Assembly: GCA_030611665.1 (NCBI GenBank)
Contig: JAUWPI010000001.1
Span: forward strand, 97-64,096
Direction: 5' to 3'
Length of the DNA: 64,000 nt
Source: Candidatus Heimdallarchaeota archaeon
GTDB lineage: Archaea > Asgardarchaeota > Heimdallarchaeia > Heimdallarchaeales > Heimdallarchaeaceae
The first letter of the stretch is position 1, and every line of letters begins with the position of its first letter. Under the pieces are notes generated by a model that was not told the DNA's origin, did no database searches, and saw only the letters and a list, made by a program, of their open reading frames with translations. The position numbers and the translations under genes are program-made. Of this stretch, positions 38,789 to 50,274 are shown piece by piece.

Positions 38789-40486
38789 ATGACGTCATCA
38801 GAATCAGATTCTACAACAATTATTAAACAAAGAAAGAGATTTGAAGCCTTAGGAAATGCCATTAACAAAGCCGATGGAATGGCAAACTGGTTGAGAGTAT
38901 TAGTAGCTGTTACATTGATTTTTGGTTTACCTACAATAGCGCTGTTAGCTGATCCTGCTAAAGATACCACCATTATAATGTATGAAATTGTCATTTTTGG
39001 TTTTAGAATTCTTATTATTACCTTGATCTTATATCTAATTTCTAAGATTACTCGAGAAATCTTTACTGCTAGTAGTGATTATGAGAAAAAAATGGAGGAA
39101 ATTGGTTTCAAAGATTCAAAAACTAACACACAAGAAGAAAAGAAACTGATGAACTACAAAATCATGTATACTATAATAAGTGTTTTAGTTATTTTGGCGT
39201 CATTTATTGGAATATTCTTGGTTGGTTCAAGATTTGTTGCAACATATATAACAGGACAAACAATTGTTTACATCATAATTCTTGTGTGCTTAGGACTCAC
39301 ATTTAAATTTTGGTCAAGGAGAAATTCCGAAGAATCACCAAGAATGGGTGGAAGAAAACTTATCCAAATACTCATGCCTATATTCTTCTTTCTAGCAATT
39401 GAAGTAGTAATAGATTTCTTCGGTATACTCACCGAGGCACGATTTAGAGTTAATGCTTTACAACTGTCTTGGGGTATTGTATATCCATTCCTATTGCTAT
39501 TCCTTATAATAGCAATCCTGATCACAACCAAAAAAACAGCAAGAGAAAAGATCTCTTTGCAAGACGCAAGAGTTGCAGATTTCAAGAGAAGAGAAACACA
39601 TATTCAAGATAAAAATAGATTCAAGAAAGCATTCTTCAGTGTGAAAGTATCATGGAACAAATTTACCAATTTCATTGTTCCTCGTGATCCTACTAAGAAA
39701 AAGAACCTCGACAGGAAACCAAGCAAAGCACTTGTTCAAAGCATTTGGATAACTTTATTTATTACAGTTATACCCTTTGCTCTGATTACTACTTGGAGTT
39801 TGTTCCCCCATGATGGTTTACTAATTATAGGAGCATTAATGGTTTCATATCAATATTCAATGATAAAATATGAGAGGTATGAAATCGATGTAATTGCTGA
39901 ATCTGCAAAGGATGAATCTATCAAACCTACTGAAATGCGACAACCTAATATGATTAACAATACATTAATAATGATTTTACTACCAACTCTTATTTTCATA
40001 ACCATTCAATATCTTATAAGTGGAGTAATAATTGGTGAAATTCTAACAGAAAGCACAGAGATGGTGATAATAGGTTTCACATGGGTATCAGCTTTAATAG
40101 TCTTACCAATATCCTACCAACTTTTCTATAAAATAAAGAACAACACAGATATCGATCGTTCTGAAGAAAATATTTCAATGTATAGAGGAGGTCTTGTTAA
40201 AATTTTAATGATCGAAATTGTTCTGCTATTCTGCTCAATCGGTGGACATTTCTTCGTTACAATTTTTATAAGTTATGACTTCATACAATGGATTGCTATG
40301 GGGCTTCAGCTCGTTTTTGTTGCGGCATTAATTGTTTTGCCATTAATATTCTTATATGTAGTTCCTAAGTTATCAGATCAGGGATATAAAATAGCAAAGA
40401 TCTCTACAATCATTGTAATCTCACTTATTAATGTAGCAATTTTGGCTCTATTTTTTGTGAATATAATAATAGGATATTTTCTATAA
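38789..40486 (+). CDS. Large polytopic membrane protein, hypothetical
   Basis: 565 aa with more than 12 hydrophobic helices and cytoplasmic basic loops. Confidence 0.4.
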   Translation: MTSSESDSTTIIKQRKRFEALGNAINKADGMANWLRVLVAVTLIFGLPTIALLADPAKDTTIIMYEIVIFGFRILIITLILYLISKITREIFTASSDYEKKMEEIGFKDSKTNTQEEKKLMNYKIMYTIISVLVILASFIGIFLVGSRFVATYITGQTIVYIIILVCLGLTFKFWSRRNSEESPRMGGRKLIQILMPIFFFLAIEVVIDFFGILTEARFRVNALQLSWGIVYPFLLLFLIIAILITTKKTAREKISLQDARVADFKRRETHIQDKNRFKKAFFSVKVSWNKFTNFIVPRDPTKKKNLDRKPSKALVQSIWITLFITVIPFALITTWSLFPHDGLLIIGALMVSYQYSMIKYERYEIDVIAESAKDESIKPTEMRQPNMINNTLIMILLPTLIFITIQYLISGVIIGEILTESTEMVIIGFTWVSALIVLPISYQLFYKIKNNTDIDRSEENISMYRGGLVKILMIEIVLLFCSIGGHFFVTIFISYDFIQWIAMGLQLVFVAALIVLPLIFLYVVPKLSDQGYKIAKISTIIVISLINVAILALFFVNIIIGYFL

Positions 40487-40497
40487 TCCACCTTCTA

Positions 40498-41475
40498 TTA
40501 TTTTTCACTCAGATTGATGAAATTACTTGATCTTTTTTCTAAATCAATTTTTTCAGAGCAAGCATAATAGTAGTATAACCCATTCTTGTTTGTAACACCT
40601 ATTGCATTTCCTTTTCTATCCATTGTTAAAATATGAATGACTCCTTCATCTTTGATTTTTTTCAAATCAAGAATACCAAGTTCAGCAGCTCTTTCAGGTG
40701 TCATATTGTTTTCAACTCTATCCACAACCATTCTTGCTGTTGATAACCTTAGAGTTATCTCTCCAGTCCCAGTGCATGTTGCTCCTGCTTTCTCTGAACA
40801 ATAAACACCAGCTCCAATAATTGGTGAATCTCCAACTCGACCAGGGAATTTCATAGCTAATCCAGATGTTGAAACTCCAGCTGCCAAGTTCTCTTCCGAA
40901 TCTAATGCAATAACATTTGTAGTACCATGTTTATCAAAACTCAACTTTTCATACCATTCCATGACTGGGTAGTTTTCCATCACTTCTTTCAAGTGAACAT
41001 CAAAATTCATAAAAAGTTCACGAACAAGCTTTTGAGCTTCTACAGGTAGTTCTAAGCTTCTCCCTTCTATGATGTTATGATAGTTCTTCATCCCAAGTTC
41101 ATCGATGATTTCCTCTTCTATAAAACCCAAAGCTTTTGCAAAACGTTCAGCTCCTTCTCCAACTAAGAAAGCATGAGGAGTTAAGTCCATAACTTTACGT
41201 GCTATTGAGATAGGATGCCGGTAGTTTTTTACTGCTGCTACGGCTCCTGCTTTCCTTGTTTTACCATCCATGATAGATGCATCTAACTCCACAATTCCCA
41301 TCAAATTTGGAAAGCCATTGAAACCAACAGTAATATCATAAGGGTTATTTTCTATTAACTTTATACTCTCTTCTACAGCATCTAAAGCTGATCCACCTTC
41401 AGATAATATCTTTGATCCAGTTGATAAACCCACATTACTGTTCCGTGTTCCACAGATGGCATACTCTAGTTTCAT
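40498..41475 (-). CDS. Plant-type L-asparaginase / isoaspartyl peptidase (Ntn hydrolase)
   Basis: Autoprocessing site HGTTNVIALD, with TSTG-like AGVSTSG and GRVGDSPIIGAG motifs. Confidence 0.75.
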   Translation of the reverse strand: MKLEYAICGTRNSNVGLSTGSKILSEGGSALDAVEESIKLIENNPYDITVGFNGFPNLMGIVELDASIMDGKTRKAGAVAAVKNYRHPISIARKVMDLTPHAFLVGEGAERFAKALGFIEEEIIDELGMKNYHNIIEGRSLELPVEAQKLVRELFMNFDVHLKEVMENYPVMEWYEKLSFDKHGTTNVIALDSEENLAAGVSTSGLAMKFPGRVGDSPIIGAGVYCSEKAGATCTGTGEITLRLSTARMVVDRVENNMTPERAAELGILDLKKIKDEGVIHILTMDRKGNAIGVTNKNGLYYYYACSEKIDLEKRSSNFINLSEK

Positions 41476-41570
41476 TGTATGTAGAAAAGATTTCTAACAT
41501 AAAAAAATATCTCATCATACATTCTGAGATAAAATTATATAGTCGTCTCAAATTGAAACATGGGTTGTAT

Positions 41571-42575
41571 ATGATGGAAAGAACCAAACTCATAGGGTAT
41601 ATTTCAGCTATTCTTGGAGGATTATCTTTTGGTACAACACCCATTTTTTCAGCAAATCTAAGAGATTTGGGAGCTTCTAGTTTAGAGCAATCCATCTTGA
41701 GACTGTTTTTTGGATCCATGACAGGTCTAGTCATAATCTTACTATTCCTACCAATCAATGCAAAAATGGTAAGGAGAAGCGTAAAATTTTCAGGTCAAAG
41801 AGGATACATGCTACAAGGGTTAATTCTAGCAATTATGATAATTCTATATCTCTCTTCAATAGCTTTAGGTACCCCAGCTGGGGAAGCAGCACTGTTAATT
41901 CAAGTACATCCATTTGTTACAGTATTGCTAGCGTGGTTATTGTTTAAAGAAAAAATCACAAAATCAAAAATTGCTGCTCTATGTTTTGCATTAGGTGGTT
42001 TAATATTACTTGTCCATCCTTGGGATGTAGAATCCTTCCTTTCTTCAATTGTTGGTGATGCTCTTGCTTTGTTATTGGGAGTTCTTTATGCAGGGTATAT
42101 TATGGTTAATAGGTGGAATAATAAAAACATAGAAAATGTCTCATTTCTGATATCAGTATCATGGATTTTGATATGGACATTCTTGATGGGATTACCATTT
42201 TTATTCATTATGAAACTGTTCAATTTACCTCCAGAAATTGTAAGCTTCTCCTTCGAAAACATATTCACACCTCAAATCTTGCTGATGGGAATTTTATTAG
42301 CTGTTATTAGTGGATTATTCCCTTATGGTTTTATTATGGTATCTTCAAGATATCTAGAAGCATCAAGAGCTTCAATACTACTCTTATCTGAACCCATTGG
42401 AGCTATGGTTCTAGGATATATCTTTCTAAGTGAACCAATCACTCATTGGTACATATTAGGTGGAATTGCACTACTAGCTGCAGTCGTTACAACCATTTTA
42501 TCACAAACAACAAAAGAGTTAACCTCACAAGAAGATGAAACGGCTGAGTTTGAAGAAAAAAATTCAAAAACATAA
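41571..42575 (+). CDS. EamA/DMT family transporter
   Basis: 10-TM duplicated EamA-like topology; ATG at 41571 avoids overlap with the upstream gene. Confidence 0.55.
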   Translation: MMERTKLIGYISAILGGLSFGTTPIFSANLRDLGASSLEQSILRLFFGSMTGLVIILLFLPINAKMVRRSVKFSGQRGYMLQGLILAIMIILYLSSIALGTPAGEAALLIQVHPFVTVLLAWLLFKEKITKSKIAALCFALGGLILLVHPWDVESFLSSIVGDALALLLGVLYAGYIMVNRWNNKNIENVSFLISVSWILIWTFLMGLPFLFIMKLFNLPPEIVSFSFENIFTPQILLMGILLAVISGLFPYGFIMVSSRYLEASRASILLLSEPIGAMVLGYIFLSEPITHWYILGGIALLAAVVTTILSQTTKELTSQEDETAEFEEKNSKT

Positions 42576-42608
42576 TTTTAATAACTCCACTGAAAAAGCA
42601 TACATAGA

Positions 42609-43388
42609 ATGTCTGAATTTATGGTGAAAACAGTAAATTTGTCAAAGGATTTCAAAATGACAAGAGCTGTTAATAGAATAAATATTAAGATTCCAAAAAA
42701 ATCAATCTATGCACTTCTTGGGCCAAATGGTGCCGGCAAAACTACAACAATAAGAATGATATTAGGACTTCTAAAACCATCAGCAGGAGAAGTTTATGTT
42801 AATGGATTTAATGTCTCTGAGAACCCAAAATCAATTAGAGGTCAAATTGGTCTCTTACCGCAGTTTTCTGCTGCATATTATGATTTGACACCACTTCAGA
42901 ATATTAAATTCATACTGGCATTGAACAATTTGACATTTGATGATGTAAATGTAAAAATAACTGACTATTTTGAAAAATTGGATATAAAACCAGACTTACT
43001 TCAAAAACCTTTTACGAAATTATCGGGAGGAGAACAAAGAGCGATTTCTTTTGTCATGGCAGTAATAACTGATAAAGAATTTCTAATTATGGATGAACCT
43101 ACAAGTGGACTTGATATTGCACGAGCAAAATATATTCGATCGATAATAAAAGATCTTGTAGAAGAAGAAGGAAAAACAATTCTATTATCTTCTCACATTG
43201 TTTCAGATCTTGAAGAGCTAGCCGAATACTGTGGTATCCTAAAAGAAGGTAGTTTAGTTTTCCAAGGTGACAAGGAAGAGATAATTAATACTTATTCACC
43301 AGAAACTAAGGATTTTGAAGATGCAATAGTTAATGCTTTTCAAGCTCCTGTAGGCAGTAAATCAATCTCTCCAGAGGTGATAAAATGA
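42609..43388 (+). CDS. ABC transporter ATP-binding protein
   Basis: Walker A GPNGAGKTT, signature LSGGEQRA, and Walker B LIMDEPTSGLD. Confidence 0.8.
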   Translation: MSEFMVKTVNLSKDFKMTRAVNRINIKIPKKSIYALLGPNGAGKTTTIRMILGLLKPSAGEVYVNGFNVSENPKSIRGQIGLLPQFSAAYYDLTPLQNIKFILALNNLTFDDVNVKITDYFEKLDIKPDLLQKPFTKLSGGEQRAISFVMAVITDKEFLIMDEPTSGLDIARAKYIRSIIKDLVEEEGKTILLSSHIVSDLEELAEYCGILKEGSLVFQGDKEEIINTYSPETKDFEDAIVNAFQAPVGSKSISPEVIK

Positions 43389-44587
43389 AGGAGGATAAAC
43401 TTCATCTTAATCAGCTTAAAGCTCTTCTCAAAAAGGATATCTCGTTATTGTTTCGAAAGAGAGTAGCAATATTCATCTTTGGGGGACCTTTCATCCTAAT
43501 GTTTATACTCATTGGTCTGCCTGCATTATTTACCTCTCAAAGCGCCATTGTTCTTTTAGTTCATAGTGAAGACATTGGGTATTTAGATTCAAATATTGGT
43601 GAATCAATCGTAGGTAATATTTCTGTATATTTTGATTCAGATGAAACAATGGAAGTGCAATTAACTGATAACCTCACGAAGGTTTTGTATACATCAGAAT
43701 TAGGTTATTATATCCCGACTAACTTTTCAGAACAAGCTTTTACAGGGAGTCCAATCACATTCACTATAGATGCAACATTATCACCTTATACTTCATCAAT
43801 ATTTAACGTTGTACAAGCAATAGCAAGTAACGTGATGGTTACATATCTTGCAAATAGAACTATACCCCCACTTCAAAACTACGAGCTTCCTCCAGAGTCT
43901 TTGTCAGAGGAACTGATTCTTGGACCCAAGGCAGCTGCAATTGCAATGCCATTAAGCTATATGATATTTCTGCTAATTGCTATGAATTCGGGATCATACT
44001 CACTCATAGGTTTTGCAAGAGAAAAACGTATGCGAACAATGGAGATTCTATTGTCTTATACACACAATCACAGTTATCTCGTAATCTCCAAGGTAATAAC
44101 TGGGTTGGTAGCTTCTTTAGGGTCAACTTTATCTTATGTTCTAGGTATTATAGTAGGAACCCAGTTATCTGGAAGCAACACAAGTGGTTTGTTAGAGGTA
44201 TTTGGGTTAAACCTAGACAAATTAGCTGTTGGAGATATAATAATAAGTCTAATTTTTGTTGTGATTGCACTTCTTATTTCTACACTCATAACAATGGCAA
44301 TCGATTGCAATTTGACTCGAGAAGCATCCGAAAGGGTTAGTCCTCTGATATCAATAGGGTTTGCAATGTTCTTCTATTTCGTAGTTATGATGAACCCTTT
44401 TGCAACTTCTTCAGCACTATTAATTAATCCATTTTACTGGTGTTATAGGTTGGGTCTTCTTTTAATTGCAGGAGTATTCAGCATGGAATTATTACTATAT
44501 TTTTCATTAATAATTGGGTTAGTAGCTCTCTTGATCTTCTTAGCTACTCGAGGAATTCAAAAGGAAAAGAGTTTATATCTTGAGTAA
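43385..44587 (+). CDS. ABC-2 type transporter permease
   Basis: N-terminal TM helix, a large extracytoplasmic loop, then 5 TM helices; start overlaps the ATPase stop (ATGA). Confidence 0.55.
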   Translation: MKEDKLHLNQLKALLKKDISLLFRKRVAIFIFGGPFILMFILIGLPALFTSQSAIVLLVHSEDIGYLDSNIGESIVGNISVYFDSDETMEVQLTDNLTKVLYTSELGYYIPTNFSEQAFTGSPITFTIDATLSPYTSSIFNVVQAIASNVMVTYLANRTIPPLQNYELPPESLSEELILGPKAAAIAMPLSYMIFLLIAMNSGSYSLIGFAREKRMRTMEILLSYTHNHSYLVISKVITGLVASLGSTLSYVLGIIVGTQLSGSNTSGLLEVFGLNLDKLAVGDIIISLIFVVIALLISTLITMAIDCNLTREASERVSPLISIGFAMFFYFVVMMNPFATSSALLINPFYWCYRLGLLLIAGVFSMELLLYFSLIIGLVALLIFLATRGIQKEKSLYLE

Positions 44588-44605
44588 TAATTATTGGTAA
44601 ACTCT

Positions 44606-45499
44606 CTATCTCTCTCTTTTTTCTGCATCTAAAATAAATTTGTTCATCTTCTTTGCTGTTTCTCTACTGTGAGTTTCTTGAAAATTTATTAAATTCTCAA
44701 AAATTGCATTAGGAATTATTTTTGAGATTTCGACACTTTGTTCATATGAATGCATTTTATCATTAGAAGCTGCAAAGATATAAACAGGAAATTCAAATTT
44801 CGAATAGTTGACCTCAGATTTGTAATCAAATAACTTTAAAGCACAAGCTTTCATTCTTTTAGGAATTCCTGTCTCTAAATTTCGTTTATTAAGATAGTAC
44901 GTTCCTGGATCATTTTTCATATCTGTTCTGAAGTGTTTTAGTATAAATTTCAGAATTGGCAAGATGGGAAAATATAGCCAGGCAGGAGCAATCTTAAACA
45001 AAACTTTCATCCAACCTGAAAAACTGAAAGTTTCTGCAGGACTAATCAGTATCATCCCTTTCGGTGCTTTATTACCAGATTTCAAATACAAAGCTCCGAT
45101 TTCTGCACCAAATGAATCTCCAAAAATATAGAAGCCATCCTTGTTCAAATCATAATGCTCAATTATTATTTCAAGGTCCTTAACAAAAGTACCAAGACTG
45201 TAGTTAATCTTCTTTTTAGAATGCTTTGCAGTGTTTTTTTCTCTAGTTTCAATGTGATAGATGTTGGCAATTTTAGATAGTTCATGATCAGAACTTAACC
45301 ATCCTATGAAATGAGAACACAATCCTGGAACAACTACCACATTGATTTTGCTCCCCTTTTGTTCGCTTGGAATTTTGAAAATTCTTAGTAGAATTCCTTC
45401 TTCTACTTTTACATAATCAATTTCAATCCAAGGGAAAATAGAGTAATCCACTTCGTTGATATTGGTCAGCTGTAAATTGTCCATTTTTTCTTCAAGCAT
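44606..45499 (-). CDS. Alpha/beta hydrolase family protein
   Basis: GDSFGA nucleophile elbow. Confidence 0.5.
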   Translation of the reverse strand: MLEEKMDNLQLTNINEVDYSIFPWIEIDYVKVEEGILLRIFKIPSEQKGSKINVVVVPGLCSHFIGWLSSDHELSKIANIYHIETREKNTAKHSKKKINYSLGTFVKDLEIIIEHYDLNKDGFYIFGDSFGAEIGALYLKSGNKAPKGMILISPAETFSFSGWMKVLFKIAPAWLYFPILPILKFILKHFRTDMKNDPGTYYLNKRNLETGIPKRMKACALKLFDYKSEVNYSKFEFPVYIFAASNDKMHSYEQSVEISKIIPNAIFENLINFQETHSRETAKKMNKFILDAEKRER

Positions 45500-45577
45500 T
45501 ATATCTTAGTAAAGTTTACTTTGTTTATAAAACTTACAGTTTAGTGGGTAATTAATAAAGAAGCAAATAGCAATCAT

Positions 45578-46042
45578 CTAGAGAAAATGATAAATCAGAA
45601 AGTAATCAATTACAGCTGTTAAGAGCTGTACTAAAAGTATTAGACCTATTACATAGAGATACTGTTTTCTGTAAGTTGATAGTTTGTTAATTGATAAATC
45701 TGAAGTTTCTTGAGGTTCCGCTCTCTTTCTATATCGGGTTGCATAAACTGCTAAGATAACTGTTAAAACAATATAGACAGCAGTCAAGATATTATCTCTC
45801 GCCTCTACATCTCGTACAAAAAATCTCCATATATTGAAAATTACTGCAGAAATAAAGAAAGAGAATCCTATTGTCAATGGAAAAACATGCATTTTATTCT
45901 GTTCTTCCCAATATGAAACAACATCAGATTTACATAAAGGGCATTGTAGTTGTTTTTGAACAGATACTTTGTTTGTAAGTTGCAGAAAAGAGACATGATT
46001 CTCACAAGTTGTACAATACTGTCTTCTTTGTAAAAACTTCAT
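45578..46042 (-). CDS. Zinc-ribbon membrane protein
   Basis: N-terminal CTTC...CPLC zinc ribbon followed by 3 TM helices; start overlaps the stop of the upstream MFS gene. Confidence 0.4.
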   Translation of the reverse strand: MKFLQRRQYCTTCENHVSFLQLTNKVSVQKQLQCPLCKSDVVSYWEEQNKMHVFPLTIGFSFFISAVIFNIWRFFVRDVEARDNILTAVYIVLTVILAVYATRYRKRAEPQETSDLSINKLSTYRKQYLYVIGLILLVQLLTAVIDYFLIYHFL

Positions 46043-47337
46043 AGAGGGTGTTCTTTATCATGCAATTTAACCTTTTCGACATCACTTTCTTCTTTTACAA
46101 TTTTCTTCTTCTTCTCATTAACTGATAATATTAATGTAGGAATAACCGCTAGAAATCTGACTGAAGCAATAATGAGAAAAGATATTTTCAGAGCAAATGC
46201 TGAATCAGAGATATTTAGAAAACCATTATACAGGAACCCTCCTACAAACGCACCAAAGAAGGAAACAACCCCTGTCATCAAATTATACGTACCTGAATAA
46301 GCTCCTTTGGTGTCCTCCTTGGATAAATGAAGAATTTCAGAACTAAGGGCAACAGTCAGTAATCCATTCCCGAAACCTCCAAACAAATTTGCTATCAAAA
46401 TTATCTCCCAAGCACCCCAAGTAACAGTGTATGCGAAAAAGATGGGGACAAGACAAAACGATATGAAACCAAGAACTAGTGTGAACCTTCTCCCGATTTT
46501 ATCAGCAATCAATCCACATATCCATTGTCCTAACGCAATAAATACAGCAAATACTACAGACATTATTGCTAACTGAGTATTAGTTGGTTTTACACTAGCA
46601 GTAACAATCGGGGCTAATGGCCAAAGAAAACTCATTGCGAACCACCAGATTAAGGTTGTACCTGTAAATTTCATAAACCTCTTATCCTTCATTGGTTCCC
46701 AGAATGATGATTTTTTCACAACTCTTTTTCTAGAATTTGTTTCGGATATCAATATGGATAAAATTGTAGCTACAGCAAAAAATAATGCACCGATAAGAAT
46801 CATAACTCGATATTTTTTCAATAGATCAAAAGGTAAGAAATCTGTTAAGAACCCTAGCAGTAATAAAATCATTGATGAGAAAAATGATCCAATCATACTG
46901 ATCCGGCTGATTATTTTTGTTCTAGTTTTTTCTGTTGAAATATCACCTAAAAGAGCATTCCATGTAGGAATAACCATACTCATGCCTAGTGAATATATTG
47001 CTATCACTATCATGAAAATAATTGGTGATGTTAATTGTGAAATTACCACTGTTGTTATAGATGCAATTATGAACCCTATACTCAAAATAGTTTTTCTACC
47101 AATTTTATCTGATAAATTTCCAAAAAATGTTTGTAGTAATGCTGAACCTAAGGTTTGTATTGCAGTAATGAAAGACATCATTATAGCATTTGCTCCAATA
47201 CCAACAGCAAGAACAGTAGCGTAGTTGAAGTAAAAGTTCACTCCACCAAGATTAGCAATAGCCAAAGCCCTTATGATGATTTTTTGTTTCAATGTCTTTC
47301 GTTTTGAACTTTCAGGTTCTTCGTTTGATTTTTTCAA
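46039..47337 (-). CDS. MFS transporter
   Basis: 12-TM topology with the MFS loop motif GNLSDKIGRK; non-ATG start as predicted. Confidence 0.65.
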   Translation of the reverse strand: MKKSNEEPESSKRKTLKQKIIIRALAIANLGGVNFYFNYATVLAVGIGANAIMMSFITAIQTLGSALLQTFFGNLSDKIGRKTILSIGFIIASITTVVISQLTSPIIFMIVIAIYSLGMSMVIPTWNALLGDISTEKTRTKIISRISMIGSFFSSMILLLLGFLTDFLPFDLLKKYRVMILIGALFFAVATILSILISETNSRKRVVKKSSFWEPMKDKRFMKFTGTTLIWWFAMSFLWPLAPIVTASVKPTNTQLAIMSVVFAVFIALGQWICGLIADKIGRRFTLVLGFISFCLVPIFFAYTVTWGAWEIILIANLFGGFGNGLLTVALSSEILHLSKEDTKGAYSGTYNLMTGVVSFFGAFVGGFLYNGFLNISDSAFALKISFLIIASVRFLAVIPTLILSVNEKKKKIVKEESDVEKVKLHDKEHPL

Positions 47338-47528
47338 GAGCGTCTTTGACCGATGAATATCTCCGTTTAAAAATATGCTTTATCCGGCTTAAGTTCATCA
47401 TCATTAGTGATAAACAATTCATTTGAAACCTTTAGAATTTAGCTAAATTAACAGTGCTTACAGAAACTTTAAAAACGTTCTTCCTTCATCGATGATTAAA
47501 TAAGACAGCTACTTGAGGTTATAAATTT

Positions 47529-50165
47529 ATGAAAATTTCAAAAAAATGGCAAAATCTATTCTTAGCTGTAATTGTTATTGGTTTGCTTAGTGTCAACACC
47601 CTTTTAAGTGCTGACAGTAACTTAAAATTTGCCCCACCAGTTACTGGTTTGTGGGAAATTAGTGATCAACAAACAATTGACAATGAAAACATTATAATTA
47701 ATGGATCAATAAATATTTTAGCTACAGGTGAATTATCAATTATTGATTCAACTGTCACCTTTGCTGTTAATGAAACATTTAATATATATATAAGTGTCAT
47801 TGGTTCTCTAATTGTAGAGAACAGTACTCTAACAGTTTCAAATATGCTTTATAATTTCACAATAACAGCACTAACAGGATCTTCAATATACATAAAAGAT
47901 AGTGTTGTTAATTACCTAATGTTTTCTAGTGAAGAAACAGACTTAGAGATAGAAAATAGTGATTTTAATTCTTACAAACAGTTCGATATAATTGATTCCC
48001 CATATGTTTCTATTATCGGAACCGACTTCCTTTCTGGAAATGCAATTATCACTTCAGATGGAGCAGATACAATTAATTTAATCGGAAATACAATAGACGA
48101 AAAGGGTTTCGAGATATTTGATGCTTTTAATGCAACAATAGAGTACAATAGTTTCTCATTGCATACTGATTTTGCTTTATATATCGATAACGGAGCAAAT
48201 GTGATTGTCTCTCACAATAGTTTCGCAAATTCAGTATCAGGATTAAAGGTTGAAGGAGTAGATGCGGTAATTTTCAATAATACTTTTGATGATTTAGAAA
48301 CAGCTATGCTGCTTTATATAGCACATAAAAGCATAATTACAGAAAATGTTTTTACTATTGTATCTGATATTTGTATTGAATTAGATAATTCAGATAACTT
48401 GATTATTGAGAACAATCAATTTAATGATAGCAGTCAAGCTATCTATGGATATAAATCTACAGTAACAATCAATGACAATACTTTCTTCAATCTCGCAAAC
48501 GGTATCCATTTATCATTCGCTGATTATTCAATCCTAAGCAATAATAATCTGACTGACATTGCAGAAACTGGAATAGAACTTACTTCTACACGTAATTCAG
48601 CAATTTTAGAGAATTTCTTTATGAATATTACCTCTGCTGCACACATGGAAGTTTGTAGAACTGGTCTTATTGAAGGTAATAACTTCTATAATGTTCAAGA
48701 AGGTATAAGTGTTGTTTCTTCAAGAGAAGTTGAGATCCAAGCTAATATTGTTGAAAATACAATTACTGGTATTTACCTCGAACAAACAAAGGATGCAGTT
48801 TTGACTGCAAATGGAGCAATCAATGCTGTTTATGGAATATCACTATGGTCGATGAACAATGTGATTCTGTCAAGTAACGGTATTTTTGACTCTACTTATG
48901 GAATAAGTATTTGGTTCTCTGAAAATGTCCAGTTACTTGGTAATCAAGTCAACACATCCGATATTGGTATAGTAGCAAGAAACACAATCTCTCTGCTCAT
49001 TAAAAACGGTGATTACAGCTCTCTCAATTATGGTTTACAAATTCTAACTTGTGATAACGCAATAATATTTGGCAATACATTTGACCAAATTGTATTAGAT
49101 GCAATCTACTTGAAGTCAAGCAATGGTTTCAAAGTTTATAATAATAACTTCTTTACTGTTGGAAATTATGGGACAATTGAAAATTGCATTGGAAGATTTG
49201 ATTACGATTTAACAAATGTAACCGTTGTAGGCAATTATTATGAGGGAAACGTAGAGGAAGAAGTGTTGATTGATACAGTAACCATAGATTTGTTAGCAGT
49301 TGATATTATTGATCATGCGCCATTGGATAGAGCCTATATCGTTAAACCAACAATCGAATTCGTTACCAGAAACATAGAAGAACCTGATGACACAATGGAT
49401 GTTATTGTAGATGCTCAAATTTTCGTGCCTTCTGGAGTTGATGTTACAGTTTATCTAGATTACTCACTCAATGATGAATCTAATTGGTATGCTACCGATA
49501 TTACTTCATCAGAGGTTCCTATTGGTTCAATTGGTACTATTAACATCTATGCTGGAACTATCCCCTCACAGCTGTATAACTATCTAATAACATATAGAAT
49601 TAGAATTGAATATCTTGATGTTGAAACTATTGTACTGCTCTCTGAAAACAATACTTATACAGTGCTCACCTCTCTCGAAACACCTATTATTATCTATGCT
49701 CCAGAAGTCTATACTACAATTATAAATGATGAAGATGTTGAAGAAAATGTTGCAACTCAAACCTTCTTTGATGAATACGAATATTTTATTGAAGTACGAA
49801 TTCTTAATAGAACTGATTTCGAAATCATTGAAGGTAGAAGGCATGTCAATTTAACTTGGACAGTATTTGATTCTGCTGATAATTCAAGTGAGAGTTTCAC
49901 AGCTTTTATGCCATACAATTCAACCACTAACATCTATTACTATGAATTCAACACCTTTTTTGAAGTAGGTGTTGTGATAGATTATTTCATACTAGCAGTA
50001 GACGTTAATGGAACAATTCACAGAACAGTGTATAACTATACAATAGCAATAGAGTCAATCTCAAGTGCAGGATTTGATGCAATAACTCTGTTGAGTATTG
50101 GTGGAACACTGCTACTAATTCAAGCAATAGTTGTCATTAGACGAAGACGAAAACGAGAAGAATAA
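47529..50165 (+). CDS. Large secreted parallel beta-helix repeat protein with C-terminal anchor
   Basis: Signal peptide; more than 15 repeats of the xNxIxxNxFxxxxxGIxLxxSxN type; C-terminal TM helix plus RRRRKREE. Confidence 0.55.
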   Translation: MKISKKWQNLFLAVIVIGLLSVNTLLSADSNLKFAPPVTGLWEISDQQTIDNENIIINGSINILATGELSIIDSTVTFAVNETFNIYISVIGSLIVENSTLTVSNMLYNFTITALTGSSIYIKDSVVNYLMFSSEETDLEIENSDFNSYKQFDIIDSPYVSIIGTDFLSGNAIITSDGADTINLIGNTIDEKGFEIFDAFNATIEYNSFSLHTDFALYIDNGANVIVSHNSFANSVSGLKVEGVDAVIFNNTFDDLETAMLLYIAHKSIITENVFTIVSDICIELDNSDNLIIENNQFNDSSQAIYGYKSTVTINDNTFFNLANGIHLSFADYSILSNNNLTDIAETGIELTSTRNSAILENFFMNITSAAHMEVCRTGLIEGNNFYNVQEGISVVSSREVEIQANIVENTITGIYLEQTKDAVLTANGAINAVYGISLWSMNNVILSSNGIFDSTYGISIWFSENVQLLGNQVNTSDIGIVARNTISLLIKNGDYSSLNYGLQILTCDNAIIFGNTFDQIVLDAIYLKSSNGFKVYNNNFFTVGNYGTIENCIGRFDYDLTNVTVVGNYYEGNVEEEVLIDTVTIDLLAVDIIDHAPLDRAYIVKPTIEFVTRNIEEPDDTMDVIVDAQIFVPSGVDVTVYLDYSLNDESNWYATDITSSEVPIGSIGTINIYAGTIPSQLYNYLITYRIRIEYLDVETIVLLSENNTYTVLTSLETPIIIYAPEVYTTIINDEDVEENVATQTFFDEYEYFIEVRILNRTDFEIIEGRRHVNLTWTVFDSADNSSESFTAFMPYNSTTNIYYYEFNTFFEVGVVIDYFILAVDVNGTIHRTVYNYTIAIESISSAGFDAITLLSIGGTLLLIQAIVVIRRRRKREE

Positions 50166-50274
50166 CCTTCTTTCTCTATTTCTTATTTTTTCATTTTTTG
50201 TATATTTTTAGTTTTTCCTGTTTGCTTAAACAACAACATAAATAAGTAGTTACAAAATCGTGATTTTGACTAAT